64,000 bases of DNA from Haliotis rubra (GCF_003918875.1 NW_025766780.1:930001-994000), one strand, 5' to 3'. Positions 38,378-52,957 are shown, counted from the first letter of the stretch. Numbers and translations: made by a program. Notes: generated by a model not told the origin, from the letters alone.

Positions 38378-39570
38378 TAGTGTAGTATGGGTGTAACAAT
38401 ACGGCAATACAGTATCGTATCCCGATACAAGGCCCATGATACGATATATCGATTTGAAGGACGTGTATCGCGATACATACGATACATTATAAATACTCTT
38501 TATGTAAATTTTAGTTTCACAAAACTGTGATAATTTTCAAAGGTATTAAGCGAAATAAAAGCGAACCTCTCCTGAAACAAGACATTGGGGTTTCTCAATC
38601 TATAAATAGCGGACTATTCCCCGCTTGCCCAAACACTGTCGGTGATTTCTGTCCCGTTGTAACAAACTACGATCTCAAAAACATAGAATGAAATATTATT
38701 TTTGAAACAAAGGGCAAATTCATGATTTGTTTGGCGACTAATAATGTTTTTTAAAAAATGACTTCAGTTACCCACAAATCGCTACACAAATATGCATGTG
38801 TATTGCACAGTGTACACAAACAAAATGGCTGGGGCAAGTACAGACGATCAACAGAAAATAACAAGGCTTTTAGACCCACCAGCTATGTATAGGGCAGCAA
38901 TTTGGCCAACGTTTGGTTTTGAGGCTATTGATGATAAAGCAGGAGTTTCAGCTCTTGACAAGAGCAAAGTTATTTGTAGGCACTGCCGAATGTCTGTCAA
39001 GTATTCGGGGAACACGACAAATCAGACAACCCATATGCAGCGACATCATCCCGAAATTCTTGTGAAAGTTGAGTCAGGCAAGACAGTAAGTGACACCTCA
39101 AATACATCAGGTCTTGCCAAAGGCATATATCATTACACAGTCCAAACTAAACTTTGACAAACAGTTAAATTTCACTAGTAGTCGATCACAGGCAATAACA
39201 AGGTTGATTGCAGAATTTATAGTGAATGACTTACGACCTTTCTCAGTCGTTGAAGATGAAGGTTTGAAACGCATGGTGCATATGTTAGAGCCGAGATACA
39301 AACTTCCTTCTCGTTCCTACTTTTCTGATAAAGTTATCCAAGAAATGTACTTAGAGGTCAAAGCACAACTGGAACAAGATTTTAAGGCAGCCCAGTCAGT
39401 GAATGTGACATCAGATGGTTGGACTTCAAGAAACACTGAGTCCTATGTTACTGTTACCTACCACTTTACTTCACTTGTTTGGAAAATGCTCAGCTGTGTG
39501 CTTGAGACAGAAATTATGAGTGAATCTCATACTGCTGAGAATCTGGCTAATGCATTACTGAAATGTTTCA

Positions 39571-39669
39571 CTGACTGACTGACTGAGTTTGGTTTTACGC
39601 CGCTTTTAGCAATATTCCAGCAACATCACGGCGGGGAACACCAGAAATGGGCTTCACACATTGTGCCCA
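39571..39669 (-). mobile_element. 5'-truncated SINE/LINE 3' end with a (CAGT)n tail
   Basis: TSD TGAAATGTTTCA (39559-39570, 39670-39681). The body GAGTTTGGTTTTACGCCGCTTTTAGCAATATTCCAGC resembles a common abalone interspersed repeat, from recall and unverified. Confidence 0.75.
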
Positions 39670-40252
39670 TGAAATGTTTCAGTGATTGGAACATCAGTGA
39701 AAAGACTTTTGCAGTGGTTCCTGATAATGCATCGAACATGGTGGCTGCCATGGAAATGCTGCCTCAACATCGCATGCATTGCTTTGCTTACACTCTGAAC
39801 TTAGCTTCACCAAGAGCTATGAAAGTAGCAGCTGTCTCCAAAGTACTGGCCAAAATTCATCGGGACTGTTACTTTCTTTCACAAAAGTGCGATTGCAACA
39901 CGTGTTCTGAAAGAGAGAAAACTCTTGCTTAATTTACCTGAGCGCAAGATAAAAATGGATGTGTCTACTCGATGGAACAGTTCATACGAGATGGTCCAGT
40001 GTTATCTAAAACAACAGCCTGCAGTTCATGCGGCTATGCTCAGCGAAGAAATCAGAAAAAACCCAAAGTGATCTGGCAACTTTCACAGACAGCAACCTCA
40101 CAGCTGCTGAAGATATTGTTGTGGTAATGAAGCCAATGAAGACAGCAACTGTGGCATTTCAATGGTCAGTCCCCTCTATCAGAAACTACTGAACGACCTG
40201 TCACCAAAACCAGATGACAGTTTTGTCACAAAGGAAATTAAGTGAATTATGC

Positions 40253-40613
40253 CTTGTTTTCTGCTGTCTCACTGAAACTGCGCCTTCCTATCTATCCAAC
40301 CTTCTAACCGTGTACACGCCTTCCCGATCACTCCGCTCACAGGATAAGAACTTGCTTGTTGTACCCAAAGTAAAGACAGTGCAGTATGGAAACAGGTCCT
40401 TTGTCCACGCAGGATCAATGGCCTGGAACAGTCTCCCACAGTCTCAGAGACTGTTCTGACTTTCATACCTTAAAATCCAATCTAAAAACACACATGTTCA
40501 AGATAGCCTTTGAACTGTAGCTCTTTGCCTTACTTGCATTTTTATTTGTGCGCTTTGAGCATGCATAAGCGTGGATATATGCACGTTACAAATATGCTAT
40601 TATTATTATTATT
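40253..40613 (+). mobile_element. 5'-truncated L2/CR1-group LINE
   Basis: ORF2 end APSYLSNLL..YTPSRSLRS...YGNRSF..AG...WNSLP, a (TAT)n tail and an approximate TSD AATTATGC/AATTACGC. Confidence 0.85.
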
Positions 40614-40701
40614 AATTACGCACACAGATCTACAGTCGAGATATAAAGGTAAGGTTAAGGGAAATACATTACAACAGTAAATAACCTGAAACATTAATTA
40701 A

Positions 40702-41472
40702 CTCTTTCAACACCAGTCAACCAGAGGCTTTTACTGCCATGACACCGAGTTCCCAGAGACTCTGAGGTCATAGATGGAGCATATGTTTATCAAGGAAAAT
40801 ATCAGCTTGTAAAACATTATTGCTACTACATAGCATACACCATTTGAAAGGTCTAATCCTACTGTTTATAAATATGAAATATATTTTTGATCATATTATT
40901 CAAATAATCCAACTGCAACTTAAATAAGTTAAGTTTTAATAAAAATGCAAGCTAAACATTTATAATGTCCAGATAAACTATAGAGGGAGCAAAAAATGCA
41001 GCGATTTTTTCCATTTGAACATGTCATAATTATCCCCTTACATTTTTCTTCTATATTTTCATTTTTAGGCAATCGGAAAATTATTTTAAGAAAGATTTCT
41101 GAAATAATATGTATGGTCGTCTATTTCCTGTTTGATGGCAGGTATCGTTCGAAAGCTCTGAACATCAACAATATCGCTGTACCCATGCCAAGAGTATTTT
41201 CACAGTTGTAAGAAGCGATTTTATTGGATAAAGACTGGTTTCTAATGACGCTTTTTTGCCACAGTTTGCTATAAGGATCGTGACTGGTCAAAATCGTACA
41301 CGTGACTTAAGGAGCCAATCATATTACAGCAATGGATACTGTCCTCATAAACAAAAACTTAAAAATTCAGACGAAAGTTTTGGGTAAAATCACGCTATTC
41401 TGAACGTGTTGCGCAAAAAATCACTACCTATACATATGTTATGGAACTTAGTGGACGTATGGGTTATGACCT
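40702..41472. mobile_element. TTAA-anchored repeat, copy 2, in the hAT intron
   Basis: Diverged direct copy of 32803-33190 plus 35879-36360. Confidence 0.75.
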
Positions 41473-42411
41473 GGTTCTGACATGAAATTGATACGCATTG
41501 CGATACGCTGATCGAAAACCGGTATTTCGACATGCATTCGGAAAACTTCGTAACTTTTGGAAATCTTCGGATTTCCGTTTTTCACACCAGAAGTCAAGTT
41601 AAGTTCGGTTTGAAGGTGTGTTCTTAATTTTTGTTCAAGTGATTCGGAATGCTTTGGATCTGAATGTTTTAAATATTTAGTAATTAATGAGCAGTCAAAT
41701 ATTAATGTACAATGAAAAAAGCATAGCAATATTTCTATTTTTCAGGTTAAACTGGAACATGAAGGTTTTGATGGCAGTGATGTGGAACTGCCTTTGCCTC
41801 TGCTGCCAGAGCTTTCAGACACGCCAGAAGATGCTGAAGCTGACACTTTTGCAGGGCTTGACTCAAGTTCAGATTCATCTCCTGATAAGTGAACAAGCCT
41901 GAAAGTGGCAGTGTTCTTCATGAGATGTTTGGGGAAACATTGATTACAAAAGTTGAAGTGAAGCAGAAATCATCTATTGAGATTGCTCAAGATGAAATTC
42001 TTTGTTATCAGAATGCAGACATGCCTCATCTAAACAGTTGTCCACACAGATGGTGGAGTGAAAATTCTATTTATTTTCCAAAGCTTTCAAAAGTTGCTAA
42101 AAGGTACCTGAGTGTACCTTCTACATCTGTACCCTACGAAAGGGAGTTTAGCACTGCAGGTGATAATGTCACGGTTCAAAGGTCTGCACTTAAGCCAAAA
42201 CATGTGAACAGACTGATATTTCTCAAGAAAAATCTGAAGTTTCAGTGATTTGAAATTTGTGTTGCCTCTTGGATTAAAATTACGAGTCTTACGATGCACC
42301 CATAAAATCCTCTGCATCATATGACGAGAAATCAAGATTGGCCAATCATTGATAGATTTCTTGATCTGATGATCTGATACAGCATTCTAGCTCTGTCTGA
42401 TATATGATGTG

Positions 42412-45400
42412 TAGGGATGTCACAATAAATAAGTTTCATGAATCACGATACGTATCACGATACCCATGTCACGATTCAATACTTATCATGATACCTATTT
42501 TTGTGGCATTATTGCGTAAATTCATACAAACCTGTAGAGGTTACTGATTCTTTGAAGAAAGTCCTCCTTGGGGTACATACAAGCCTTTAAATGTCCATTT
42601 TAAATCCCTCGATAGTGTAACAATATTTTAATAAAAATAGTTACAAAATAAAAAACTCGTTTTTGTCTTGTGAGACCACCCCTACAGGACCCCAAAGGGC
42701 CCCCTACAGCCAAGAGCAGGTAACTCTGTCTGTTTACCTCGTACCTCAGTTTTCATGCTGAATGAATCAGACAGAATGATGGGAGGTGGGCGGCCGTACA
42801 CAAAGGAGGACTTTCGTCAAAGAATCAGTAACCTCTACAGGTTTGTACGATTCTTTTTCAGCAGTAGTCCTCCTTTGGGTACATATAAGCATAAGACAGA
42901 CTCCCAAAGATTGTGAGTCGGGAGTGATATTCTGTCTGGCAACACTAAACCCATGGTGGAGTTAGATCTACGACCGAATCGGAGATAGAAAAAACACACT
43001 TACCTAGTCACCTGACCGCTGATGTCAAACAGGCAGGGGGCGAGGCTGGGGCAGGAAATAGAGAGCCCAGGCTCATATTTCGATTGGCTCAAATCTAGTA
43101 TGACATAGACCCCACTCCCCAACCATTACAATGGAAAGGAATGTATGGGGACATGCCGAAGCAACTCCCAACCTTAATAGCCCGAACCAGCAAAGCGTGG
43201 CAAGAGCTATAAGGGGAGGGAAAGTGTAAAAACGTGTAAAAACACAGGGGTCGAGCCAATTAGTACTGCAAACTAATGGTTCGAATGCACCCCTCCTGTT
43301 TGGAAGAGGGCTTTGCCGGGACCTCGATAAAACCCAGAAAAATTATTAGCCTTGCTAAAAAATATCTTAGGAAATCGAACGAGGACAAATGCCACTGTAC
43401 GAGTGAAAAGCGAGGGTAAGTGTAAACCACCATCACCCAAAGTATAGATTAACACAGACTCCCAAATACCGAAGTCTCAGGAAGAGGGAAAAGCTGTTGA
43501 CGTATAAAAATCCCCTGAATAGCGAAAAGCGTAGCCGAACATGTGTTGGCTCACTATTACGCTTACCTGGTCATGTGACATGCGGCTCGAAGAGAGACAT
43601 TCCAAACAGTGACACGTGGGGGGGTTGGTACCCAGTTCCGTCGTAAGACGGGTTAATAGCATATGACTGGTTATAGCGTTCAAAAACTTGCCTTTAGGTG
43701 GATGTAAGGGACAATTGTACACCTAAAGCTGATAAGGGTGGTAAGGCTGATATGATGTAGTGATATGAACCATATCGACATTGAACACATAACTGATACC
43801 AATGACCAGTTACTCACTTGATCAGGGTGGCAGAACACTCTCAACTGGAGAAAACCGAAAGACTGAACTGAGCACGATCATTAGAATGCGTGTTAAGTCG
43901 ACAATGGCAAATGAAAGTGTTCGGCCAGCTCCAAAGAGTGACAGAACAGATCTCTTCAATGAGCAGTGCCGCTGTGTATTGCCAACGAAGCGGGATCTGC
44001 CCTCAACAAGTGTGCCTTCTCAACCCCTCAGGGGACGGTAAACCTTAGCATTGTAACCGAACAATTACGGAAACAAGCCAACGAGATAAAGTCTGCTTGC
44101 TAGCAGATTCCCCAGTCCTTGCGCCACCAAACAGAACACATGGGTACCCGTTCGGATCCCTTTCGTTCGTTTGTTATAGAACGGGTATAAACGTTTGTTA
44201 TATAAACGGGTGAGCACTTGAAAGATCGGTCGCCGATGTGGAAGTCTGGTAAGCGGTGGAAGTTCGATATGAGCTGTCACATGGAAAGCAATATCGATCT
44301 GAGAGTGGTAGGTATCCGGGAGGCGAATACGGACATGATCAGTATGAAATACTGTCAGTGTCGGGTCAGTGGATATCGCATGGATGTGTCCCGACCCTTC
44401 TACCAGAGCTCACCACCACAAGTAAAGCAGTCTTCCACGTGAACAAGCGAAGTAAGAGAGACGATATACTTGAAAAGTCAGGGCCAGAGACCAGAGGGTG
44501 CTGGCTAGGCAGAGCACCATCGAATGGCGTGTGAAACGTGGAAATAGCCATGGAGTACCCGGGAATGGTGAAGGCCATAAGGCCCTCAACCAAAACAGGG
44601 TTATAGTAACTCCAATATCCGAACGAAATTCCCCTATCTGCACACCAGCACGTTCCACCAATCAACATACTGAATGGGTGTCGAATCCCACCTCGAAGCC
44701 AGAATTGTGTCTGCAACAGCTGCAGGAATTCCACATGTCTGGAGGTTAGACCCAACAGAGGCCAAGCCACCCAGAGAATCTGAGGATTCGGGTGTGGCGC
44801 CCCAATCAGAGTGAGATTGTCTGGCCTTAAAGGTAATTCGAAACCCTGCGTTCTGACTGCTGTCAATTCCAGCACATTTATGTGCAGATTGTGACTTCGT
44901 TGTCAAGAGACCGCAGGTCGCCCAGACAATCGCCCCAACCCGGGAGGGATGTATCTGTCTGGACTGAAAGCGACTGCGTCTCCAGGGGGATCACCTTGGA
45001 GAGACGCCCGACGTCTGTCCACCACTGCAAATGAGGAATCAACCACTCTGGCATCTTGAGAAAGTTCTCGTAGCTCTATGAGTGTGACCCCAGCTGCTAA
45101 AGCTAGCTGCATGGGTCTCATACTCAAACTCGCATCACCCCCCAAGAAAGACCGGATCCTGCTCCGAGACTAGGTCCAACTTCTTGAGATTGACAATTCA
45201 GCCCAGTTTCGTAAGAGTGACCAACACTGATCGCGAGGTTTCTAGACTCAACTGTTTTTCTAGAACCCCGATGAGCCAGTCGCCTAGGTATGGGTGACAA
45301 CACTGGCACTGCTATCTGGCTATCTAAGTAAACCCCAATTTGGTGAACACCCTTGGCGCCGTAAAGAAGCCTAAGGGGAGCACACGAAACTGGTAACACA

Positions 45401-47937
45401 TCCCGCCAAAGAAGAACCGAAGGTAATTCTTGAAATCGGGGTGCATTGGAACAAGGAGGTATGCGACCTTGAGGTCGATTGATGTCCGCCAATCCCCCTG
45501 TCTTGACAGATGAGATCACTGAGCGCGGTTTCTCCATTCTGAAGAACAGTACCTCTATTAACTTGTTCAGCTCTCAGATGAGAATGGGTCTGAACATTCC
45601 GTTCTTTGTGGTAACGAGGAAATAAGTGGAGTCGAAGCCCACATTTCACTGACCATTTGAAACCACCTCGACGGTTGCCTTGCCCAGCAGAGACTGGATC
45701 TCGGCATGGAGTATTTCCGTCGTCTCCCGGGAAGCCGACACTAGTGTGTGTTGCACTCCCACTGGGATTTGCGGCAGAATACAGTAAACCCGTGCAGCCG
45801 GGAAACAAAACGTTTGCCAGTGCCGGGGCACCTGAGGGATTAACGAGAAACCCGACAGACATCCGTATTCCTCGAAATAGTCCTAGGTGTCATAGGCCCA
45901 AAACTGCACCCATCATTTGGCTGGCACAGCTACAATGCAGTCCCTAGCCAGATGAGAGTGGACATCTGTCAGCTGCCGCCCAGAGTTGCTGATGAAGAAT
46001 CACCGGTCCACTAGTTCCCTCTGCAGAGCAGAGATGCACCGAGTGGAGCATACAGCGTCGAGCTGTTAAAGGGAAAGGATGGCAGACTGACGGTAAAATG
46101 TGAGGCAGTGACCCGGATGCCTTGCTGGCAGCAGGCTCCCCCCCCCCGGGAGGTGAACTTCAACGGTCCTGGCCCTCGTCGTGGACAACACCTGAGGCAA
46201 CACAGCCGCAATTCTATCTCGCACTTGCCTAAGGGGCAAACCTAATCATTGTAAAGTTCGAAGTAGCGAAAAGAGCCAATGCTCAAATCGACTTGTCCTC
46301 TGTTCAAGCCTGAACCCCGATTCCGAGGCACATGGGAGTAGCCTGATAAATCAGGGAACCCCAAGCACTCAGACCTCGGAGCAAATCCGGCACACCCGAT
46401 AGCCTCTTGGTCAAGGCGTCGATAGACATCAGGCCGAGACCTGAGCTACCAGCGTTCGGGATCTGTGCCGTACCAGGTCGTAACCCACGTCGGTGCTAGT
46501 CCCCAGGTTCAGATTTCCTTAGAAACCCTTCATCAAATATCACGCCCTGCCTGAAGCATGTGAGGTGCAATAAACCCAGGCAAAAAACACAACCTTGGTC
46601 ACCATAAGGCACATTGTGTGTATACGTATGAGAAGTGTATATGTGTAACATAACACAACATAATGTAAAAAGAATAAATTAACGCAAGGGCGCTAATTAT
46701 AAACATCCTTGATGGGCGTGAGCCTCCTCGACATACCACCGGAGGCACACCATATGACCATCCTGTTGCGGTAGTGTGGCACTGCACGACACACAGGGCT
46801 TAAACTGCAGCAAACAAGCCGCGCCAGTGTTACTAGCAGGAACTGTGAAGCAGCAAACATATAAACACAAGCAACTGGCAATAAATAAAACGCATGGGCT
46901 ATATTTAAATGCTACCAGCTACAGCAATTTAAATACTAAACAAAAAGTTAAGCAGAAAAAGGCTAGCCACAACCTGCGTAAACATACAATTGAGCAGGAT
47001 TGAGAGTGATACGAAACGAACACGCCATCAAATTACTCACGACTTACCGTAAATTCGCTCTAAAAAACGAGAATTAAGGCAAGCCTATGATATAATATGC
47101 AAACATAATATATAAACTTCCAACGACCGCGTGGTCCGCCATTTTGCCTGCCACATGGCTAGAAAACAGACCCATGGCACAAAGTTACAACAAATGATGA
47201 ATGAAAATATCAATATGTGAAGTCCATCTAACGCCCATGCGTAAAGAAAGGAACCATAGATACAGTTTGAGAATCTTTATCAATCATCGTCGATTATAGG
47301 AAGAGATAATACTCTAAGGACATCACACACGTCTGTTCTGAGAACGACAGCATGAAAAGTGAGGTACGAGGTAAACAGACAGAGTTACCTGCTCTTGGCT
47401 GTAGGGGGCTCTGCGGGGTCCTGTAGGTCTCACAAGACAAACACGAGTTTTTTCTTTTGTAAATATTTTAATTAAAATATTGTTACAACTGTCATGGGAT
47501 TTAAAATGGACATTTAAATGTTTATATATATGTAGGACTTTCTTCAAAGAATCGGTAACTTCTACAGGTTTGTACGAATTTATGCAATAATGCCGCGAAT
47601 ATAGGCATCGTGATACGTATCAAATCGTGACATGGGTATCGTGATACGTATCAATTCATGAAACTTTAGTTACATTTTGAACATTAATATTTCATATTTT
47701 ATAATTGTCCATGAAAAGATCAACATTTTTTATTCTCAGAGATTAAGAATTCTAATTTCCCATCTATGTGCATGGAAAATAATCATTTATAACTCTCATA
47801 ACATCAAAAACATGATACATTTGTAAACTGTAAACTATACATAAACATATTTAAACCTATGCTTTCAAAACTAAATATCGATACAGTTTTGAATGTATCG
47901 ATGATTGCATCGTCTTAGATGTATCGTGGAATCCCTA
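42412..47937. mobile_element. Non-autonomous hAT hosting a DIRS insertion
   Basis: TAGGGAT...ATCCCTA ends, an 8-bp TSD ATGATGTG / ATGAAGTG (7 of 8 match) and CGATAC subterminal repeats. Confidence 0.8.
42522..47580 (-). mobile_element. Degenerate DIRS (family B)
   Basis: ITR/ICR at 42522-42895 is homologous to 9843-10215. RT and RNase H remnants at 44300-45860 (EIQSLLGKATVEVV, MGGDAS, TAVRTQG, HPNPQIL); the inverted end is at 47330-47580. Confidence 0.8.
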
Positions 47938-50900
47938 ATGAAGTGCACAAGAATGTTTATAAGCATTTCCTCGAAGAAATATTAGATTATCCCTCGGCAA
48001 AAAGCAATCATAGAACTCAAAGTTTTATCATGTCCACACAGTAGAGTGACAAGAAAGAGAATTATCACTCCGAGGTAGTCACGTGGGCTGGTAGTGGAGC
48101 GTGCTGCACACTCATATTGGGACTATAGTCCAGCGGATAATGGCATGATTTGTATGCAATTGTGCATTTACATGTTACAAGTGAAATTTTAGTTAAATTA
48201 CTAAGAACATAATATTCTAACATGTTTCAGATAGGGAGGCACTCAAAAATATGTTTTATTATTTTTGTATGAAGCTCCCAAAAAATATTGTTAAATATTG
48301 AGCCACTGTTATTTGTTGTGTGGAAAGTACTAGAAATGAGGTGAAGTGAGAGTGATCTCCCCTTTGTTATGACTTTGCTATTATGTCATCAGTCAAGGTT
48401 ACAATGATGTAATCAGTCAAATAGTCCTGTATAATTGGACAATTTTACATTCATTTTACCCACATGGCAAGAAGAATGTTCATTGTTGCTGAGGAGACAT
48501 GAATGGTGAGTAAAACTCTTTTCACTGTGTTAGTTATGTGCAAGGGGCACCTAGGGATTTCATCACTAGATCTAACAAGTTGCAGGGACATTAAATACTT
48601 GACAAGACAAATAATGTATATCTCCTTGATTGGTATATAGTTTCAGAATTGTCTAAAACAATCAAATACCCAATTTACATCATTCAGATTACTTGGTATT
48701 TTTAAAAATAATGGTATCACAGGCTATGTAGAATTTACGTGTAATAATACTTCCCTTCCACTGATCTTATTTCTTTAGATGGAGGGGACTTCTGTTGAAA
48801 ATGTTTGTTGAATTACAGTTTTGATGGTATTTCACTACCAATTAACTAAAAGCCATATGTGGTTTATTTTCTAAAGACAGAATGGTTTATAAACAAAATA
48901 ATGTCACTGTTATTTGGAAAATTTTAGCTTCAGATTTCAAAATCATCTATGTGTACAAGTTCAAATCATGTCCATGATAATAACTAATTAGTGTAATATT
49001 TCTTTTATCAATATAAATACAGCAGGTTCATAAGTTATTTAAATTCTCAAAATATCAATCATGAGGATAAGGTTATGACAAGGACAGTTCATACTATCAT
49101 GTCATGAAATTAATTTTTATTTTGGTCATTTCTCCAGAAAATAATAGCTTTATCATTTTTGCAGATTCCACGGATGATGACTAGTCAAACACAATCCACA
49201 GATGCTTCCAAGATGGATTGGAGTTTGTGTGTATTTTGCCAGAAATGCACAAAGGATCCTGTTATCTGCCCTGCCAATGCTAAGAACCAATCAGGAAACG
49301 GTTACGCCACAATGGCTAGTAACTTACAAGTCTTTTCTGAACTTGGACAGCTGCCAATGGACATAAATTTGAGTTGTTTTGGAGGTGTTATGAATATTTT
49401 CACCACCTTTGAATCTCACAGAGCACGCTGGCACAAGTCATGTAGCCTCAATTTCAACAATAACATGCTGCAGAGGGCAAAGAAAAGACGATTTTCCAAT
49501 GAACTTGAAACTTCAAACAGTAAATGCGGTGACTGCCTTTCCCCATCACAACATTGTGAAAGTAAAGTCGTAAGAAGTTCACCTCATGACAGGAACAAAA
49601 CTGCAGATAACGGCAACCTTTGCTTTGTTTGTGAGCAGTCAGGACTGCAATCAGAGTTAAGATGTGTATCAACCTTTCAAGTTGACAAACGTGTACGCGA
49701 ATGTGCTTCGAAGTTGCAAGATAGTCAGCTGTTAGCTAAGCTCAGTACTAGGGATTTGATGGCACAGGATGCAAAATATCACCCGTGATGTCTTTCCAAT
49801 TTTTTACAGAAAAGCAACCCAAAGCGAGGAACTTATACAGTCAGATGATATCAGTCATTCCCAAAGACTTAAAGAAGGTTTAACTTTCACTCAGCTTAAA
49901 CAATATGTTGACGAATGTAGACAAGAAAATCTCCCTGTACTGAAACTGTCAACACTGTCTAAAGTGTATTCAAGCTATTTGAAATATCATGGCCTGAAAT
50001 ATGATATTCACAGCACAAGACTGAAGAACAAGTTACTAGATGAGTTTCCAGATCTCCAAGCTCATTCAAGTGGAAGGGAAACACTTTTGGTCTTCACAGA
50101 ACATGTAGGGGAAGCTCTGAGAACCGTTCATGATCAGGACTTTGATGATAAAGGTCAGATACTCTGTAAAGCAGCTCAACTTGTGAGAAAGGACATTTTG
50201 GCAATGACACACAAACCTTTTGCAGAGTCTATTCCACACTCTCTACTTTCTCTTGTTGAAATGATTCTGGAAGGAACAACCCCTAATTCACAGACAACTG
50301 CTAGGAAACAAACTGCCTTATCACTTTCTCAGCTACTTGTTTACAACTGTAGTAAACGCGCAAAGGAAGGAACTACATCCCTTCGGCACAACAAGGATCG
50401 AGAGACACCACTTCCCTTGTATATTGGAATGACACTTCATGCCAAGACACGGAAAAGAGACTTGATTGACTTCATGTATGACTTTGGAATGTCTGTATCA
50501 TATGACAGAGTGTTGGAGGTTTCCACAGAGGTGGCTAATGCAGCATGCCGGAGATACATTGAGGAACAAGTTGTCTGCCCATCAAAACTCAAATTCAACC
50601 TCTTCACAACATCAGCAATAGACAACATTGATCACAACCCAAGCTCAACAACTTCACAAGGGTCCTTTCATGGTACAGGCATATCCATCTTTCAACATCC
50701 AAGTAAAGACAATCAAGGGGTTGACAGAATGAAACCTTTAGATGTAAACTCCAAACCACAGTCAAAATCTGTGAGAGAGCTGCCTGCTTTTTATGAAGAG
50801 GTTCCACCAGTTATCCTGAAGAAAGATGTTTCATCCTGTCCAAAGACACCATGCTATCATGCTTCTACAGCTGTGAAACTTGATGACTTCATGCAGCAAG

Positions 50901-51418
50901 AAAATGAGTAAGTCAAGTTAAGTTCTTTCAGAAAAAACCTAAATTATGTTTCAATTATCATAAGCTTCTTCAACCTTCTAATAATGTAATTTTTTTAGTA
51001 AAATTGATATTTTATACTTATCCTGACTCATGCTCTTTTGCTTGTCTTCTTCTTCTTGCGAACATAGTGGAACACTTGTATCTCCTTAATTGAAGCTCCC
51101 TTCAATGTAAAATCACTAATTGGTACTCACCAAGAGTTGCCTCCCTTGCCCCTTTTGGCGGGAACAGGTGTCGCCACCCTCTGGCCTCATGCTTCACTCT
51201 CTCCTGATTTTGCGAGCCCAACACTTGAACTTACAGGGAAATCCAAAGTGTTATGTGGGGAGGATGGGAGGGCTAACCTCATGAGTCAGGATAAGTATAA
51301 AATATCAATTTTACTCAAAAAATTACATATTTTTCCTTATCCTGACTCATGCTCTTTTTGCTTGTAGAATCCTACGGAAACGGAGGTGGGCAAAACAGAA
51401 TACTTTGGATTTATAGAA

Positions 51419-52957
51419 TTAGTGATTTAAATAGATATAACTGTAATAACCCCTACGTCCCTTATTTGCTGCGTAATTCTCAAAACTGTGCCACTTGTCG
51501 TCGTACAAGTTACGTGTAAAATTGTGTAAGGCAAGCGTGACCGCTTTTGCCGCCCTGGTAGAATACCCTCTCTTGTTTAAACACATTTTAATACAGTCCA
51601 TACGTGAAGTTGGAATACTTCTGGGCTTCCGTGCACCTGTTTGGTGTGTGGATGTATTAATAGATTTGAGCGCTTGGGTAGCTCTAGTGTTGGTTGACCG
51701 ATTTCTTGAATTAGAATGGGAAACCACGTTCTGGCCGGCCAGTAGGGTGCGACCAAAGTGAGTTGGAGGCTCTGTGTTTGTCTGATTTTCTGTAACACTT
51801 GAGGTATTATTGCTGGCGGCGGAAATGCGTACGCATTGAGGCCTTCCCAGGATATGCTTAGAGCGTCCGTTGCCCATGCTTGTGGGTCTGGGACTGGTGA
51901 CACGAATGTCGGTAGCTGATTGTTGAAGCGTGTTGCGAATAGATCTACTAGCGGCGCTCCTATTTGCTTGATTATCTGTGCAAATATTTCTGTATTGAGC
52001 ATCCACTCTGTCGGTGACGGTTGATGTGGCCGAGAGAGTGCGTCTGCTAGTACATTCTTGGCTCCGGGAATGTGACATGCTCTTACATGTAGGTTTAGAT
52101 CGTGTATTAGATCGAACAGTTGAAAGCTTAAAGTCAATAGGTTCAGTGATCTCGTTGAACCTTGTTTGTTCACATAGAACGCCACAGTCGAGTTGTCGGT
52201 ATGAATCATTAAGAGCGCATTCTGTAGAATGGTGCTCCAATGAAGTATGGCGTTGATTACAGCTTTCATCTCTAACATGTTTATATGGAGCTTGCTTTCT
52301 TGTTGATTCCATAACCCTGATGCCGTCCGGTTGGCGAGATGAGCTCCCCAACCTTGGAGCGACGCGTCTACATATAGATGGGTTTTGAATTCCTGCTCTT
52401 CTAAACAAATACCTGCGCAAACATTCGACCTCCTGGTCCACCATAGTAGATGAGGTCTGAGACGTTTCGGTAGACTGAATGGTTGTAGGTCGTCGAGATG
52501 AGCATTGATGAAGACCTGTATTGGGCGTAACTGTAATCTGCCTGAGACTGTCATGTCTTGGGCTGATGTGAGGAGACCCAACAAGCTCTGCCATTGTCGT
52601 AGTGTTAACGGAGAGAGTAGAGCTGGCGGAATGGTCTGTTGGATCTTGAGCCAACGGTCTTCTGGTACGACGATACGGTTGTGATTCGTGATAAATCGAA
52701 TGCCTAGGAACTGCAGATCTTGCGATGGTACTAGGTCCGACTTGAGTAAGTTTACTAACCATCCTAGCTGTGTTAGTAGCTTTATGATGTAGTTTAACTG
52801 TAGTTTGAGACGCTGTGGATCTTGATCTACTTGTATCCCGTCGTCGAGGTAAAACGCACTGCGTAGCCCTAGACGATGTAGATAGGTGACAATAGGTTTC
52901 GTTATCCTCGTGAATAACCAGGGGGCTGATGATATGCCGAATGGGAGTACTTTCCAT
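51419..52957 (-). pseudogene. DIRS ORF3 overlapping pol; tyrosine recombinase truncated after its first helices
   Basis: A long alternative frame ends KRGYSTRAAKAV...TRNLYDDKWHSFENY and then runs into the 3' end. No R...HxxR...Y motifs remain. Confidence 0.8.

Larger units (their letters stand above)
38825..42248 (+). pseudogene. hAT (Ac/ZBED1-like) transposase, decayed, with three nested insertions
   Basis: BED finger (CRHC...GNTTN...HMQRHH), DLRPFSVVED, SDGWTS, DNASNM, HCFAYTLNL, TRWNS and a dimerisation domain (WW...FPKLSKVAKRYL.VPSTSVPYEREFS). Intron at about 40649-41745. The left end with CGATAC repeats starts near 38386. Confidence 0.92.

Noticed and set aside
38825-42248. Host ZBED1 gene
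   Set aside because: It has multiple stops, frameshifts and nested SINE/LINE insertions, so it is a decayed transposon.
51577-52050. Bacterial-type DNA adenine methyltransferase or restriction-modification system
   Set aside because: A DAM-like domain after RNase H is a known part of DIRS pol and is not evidence of contamination or a new system.
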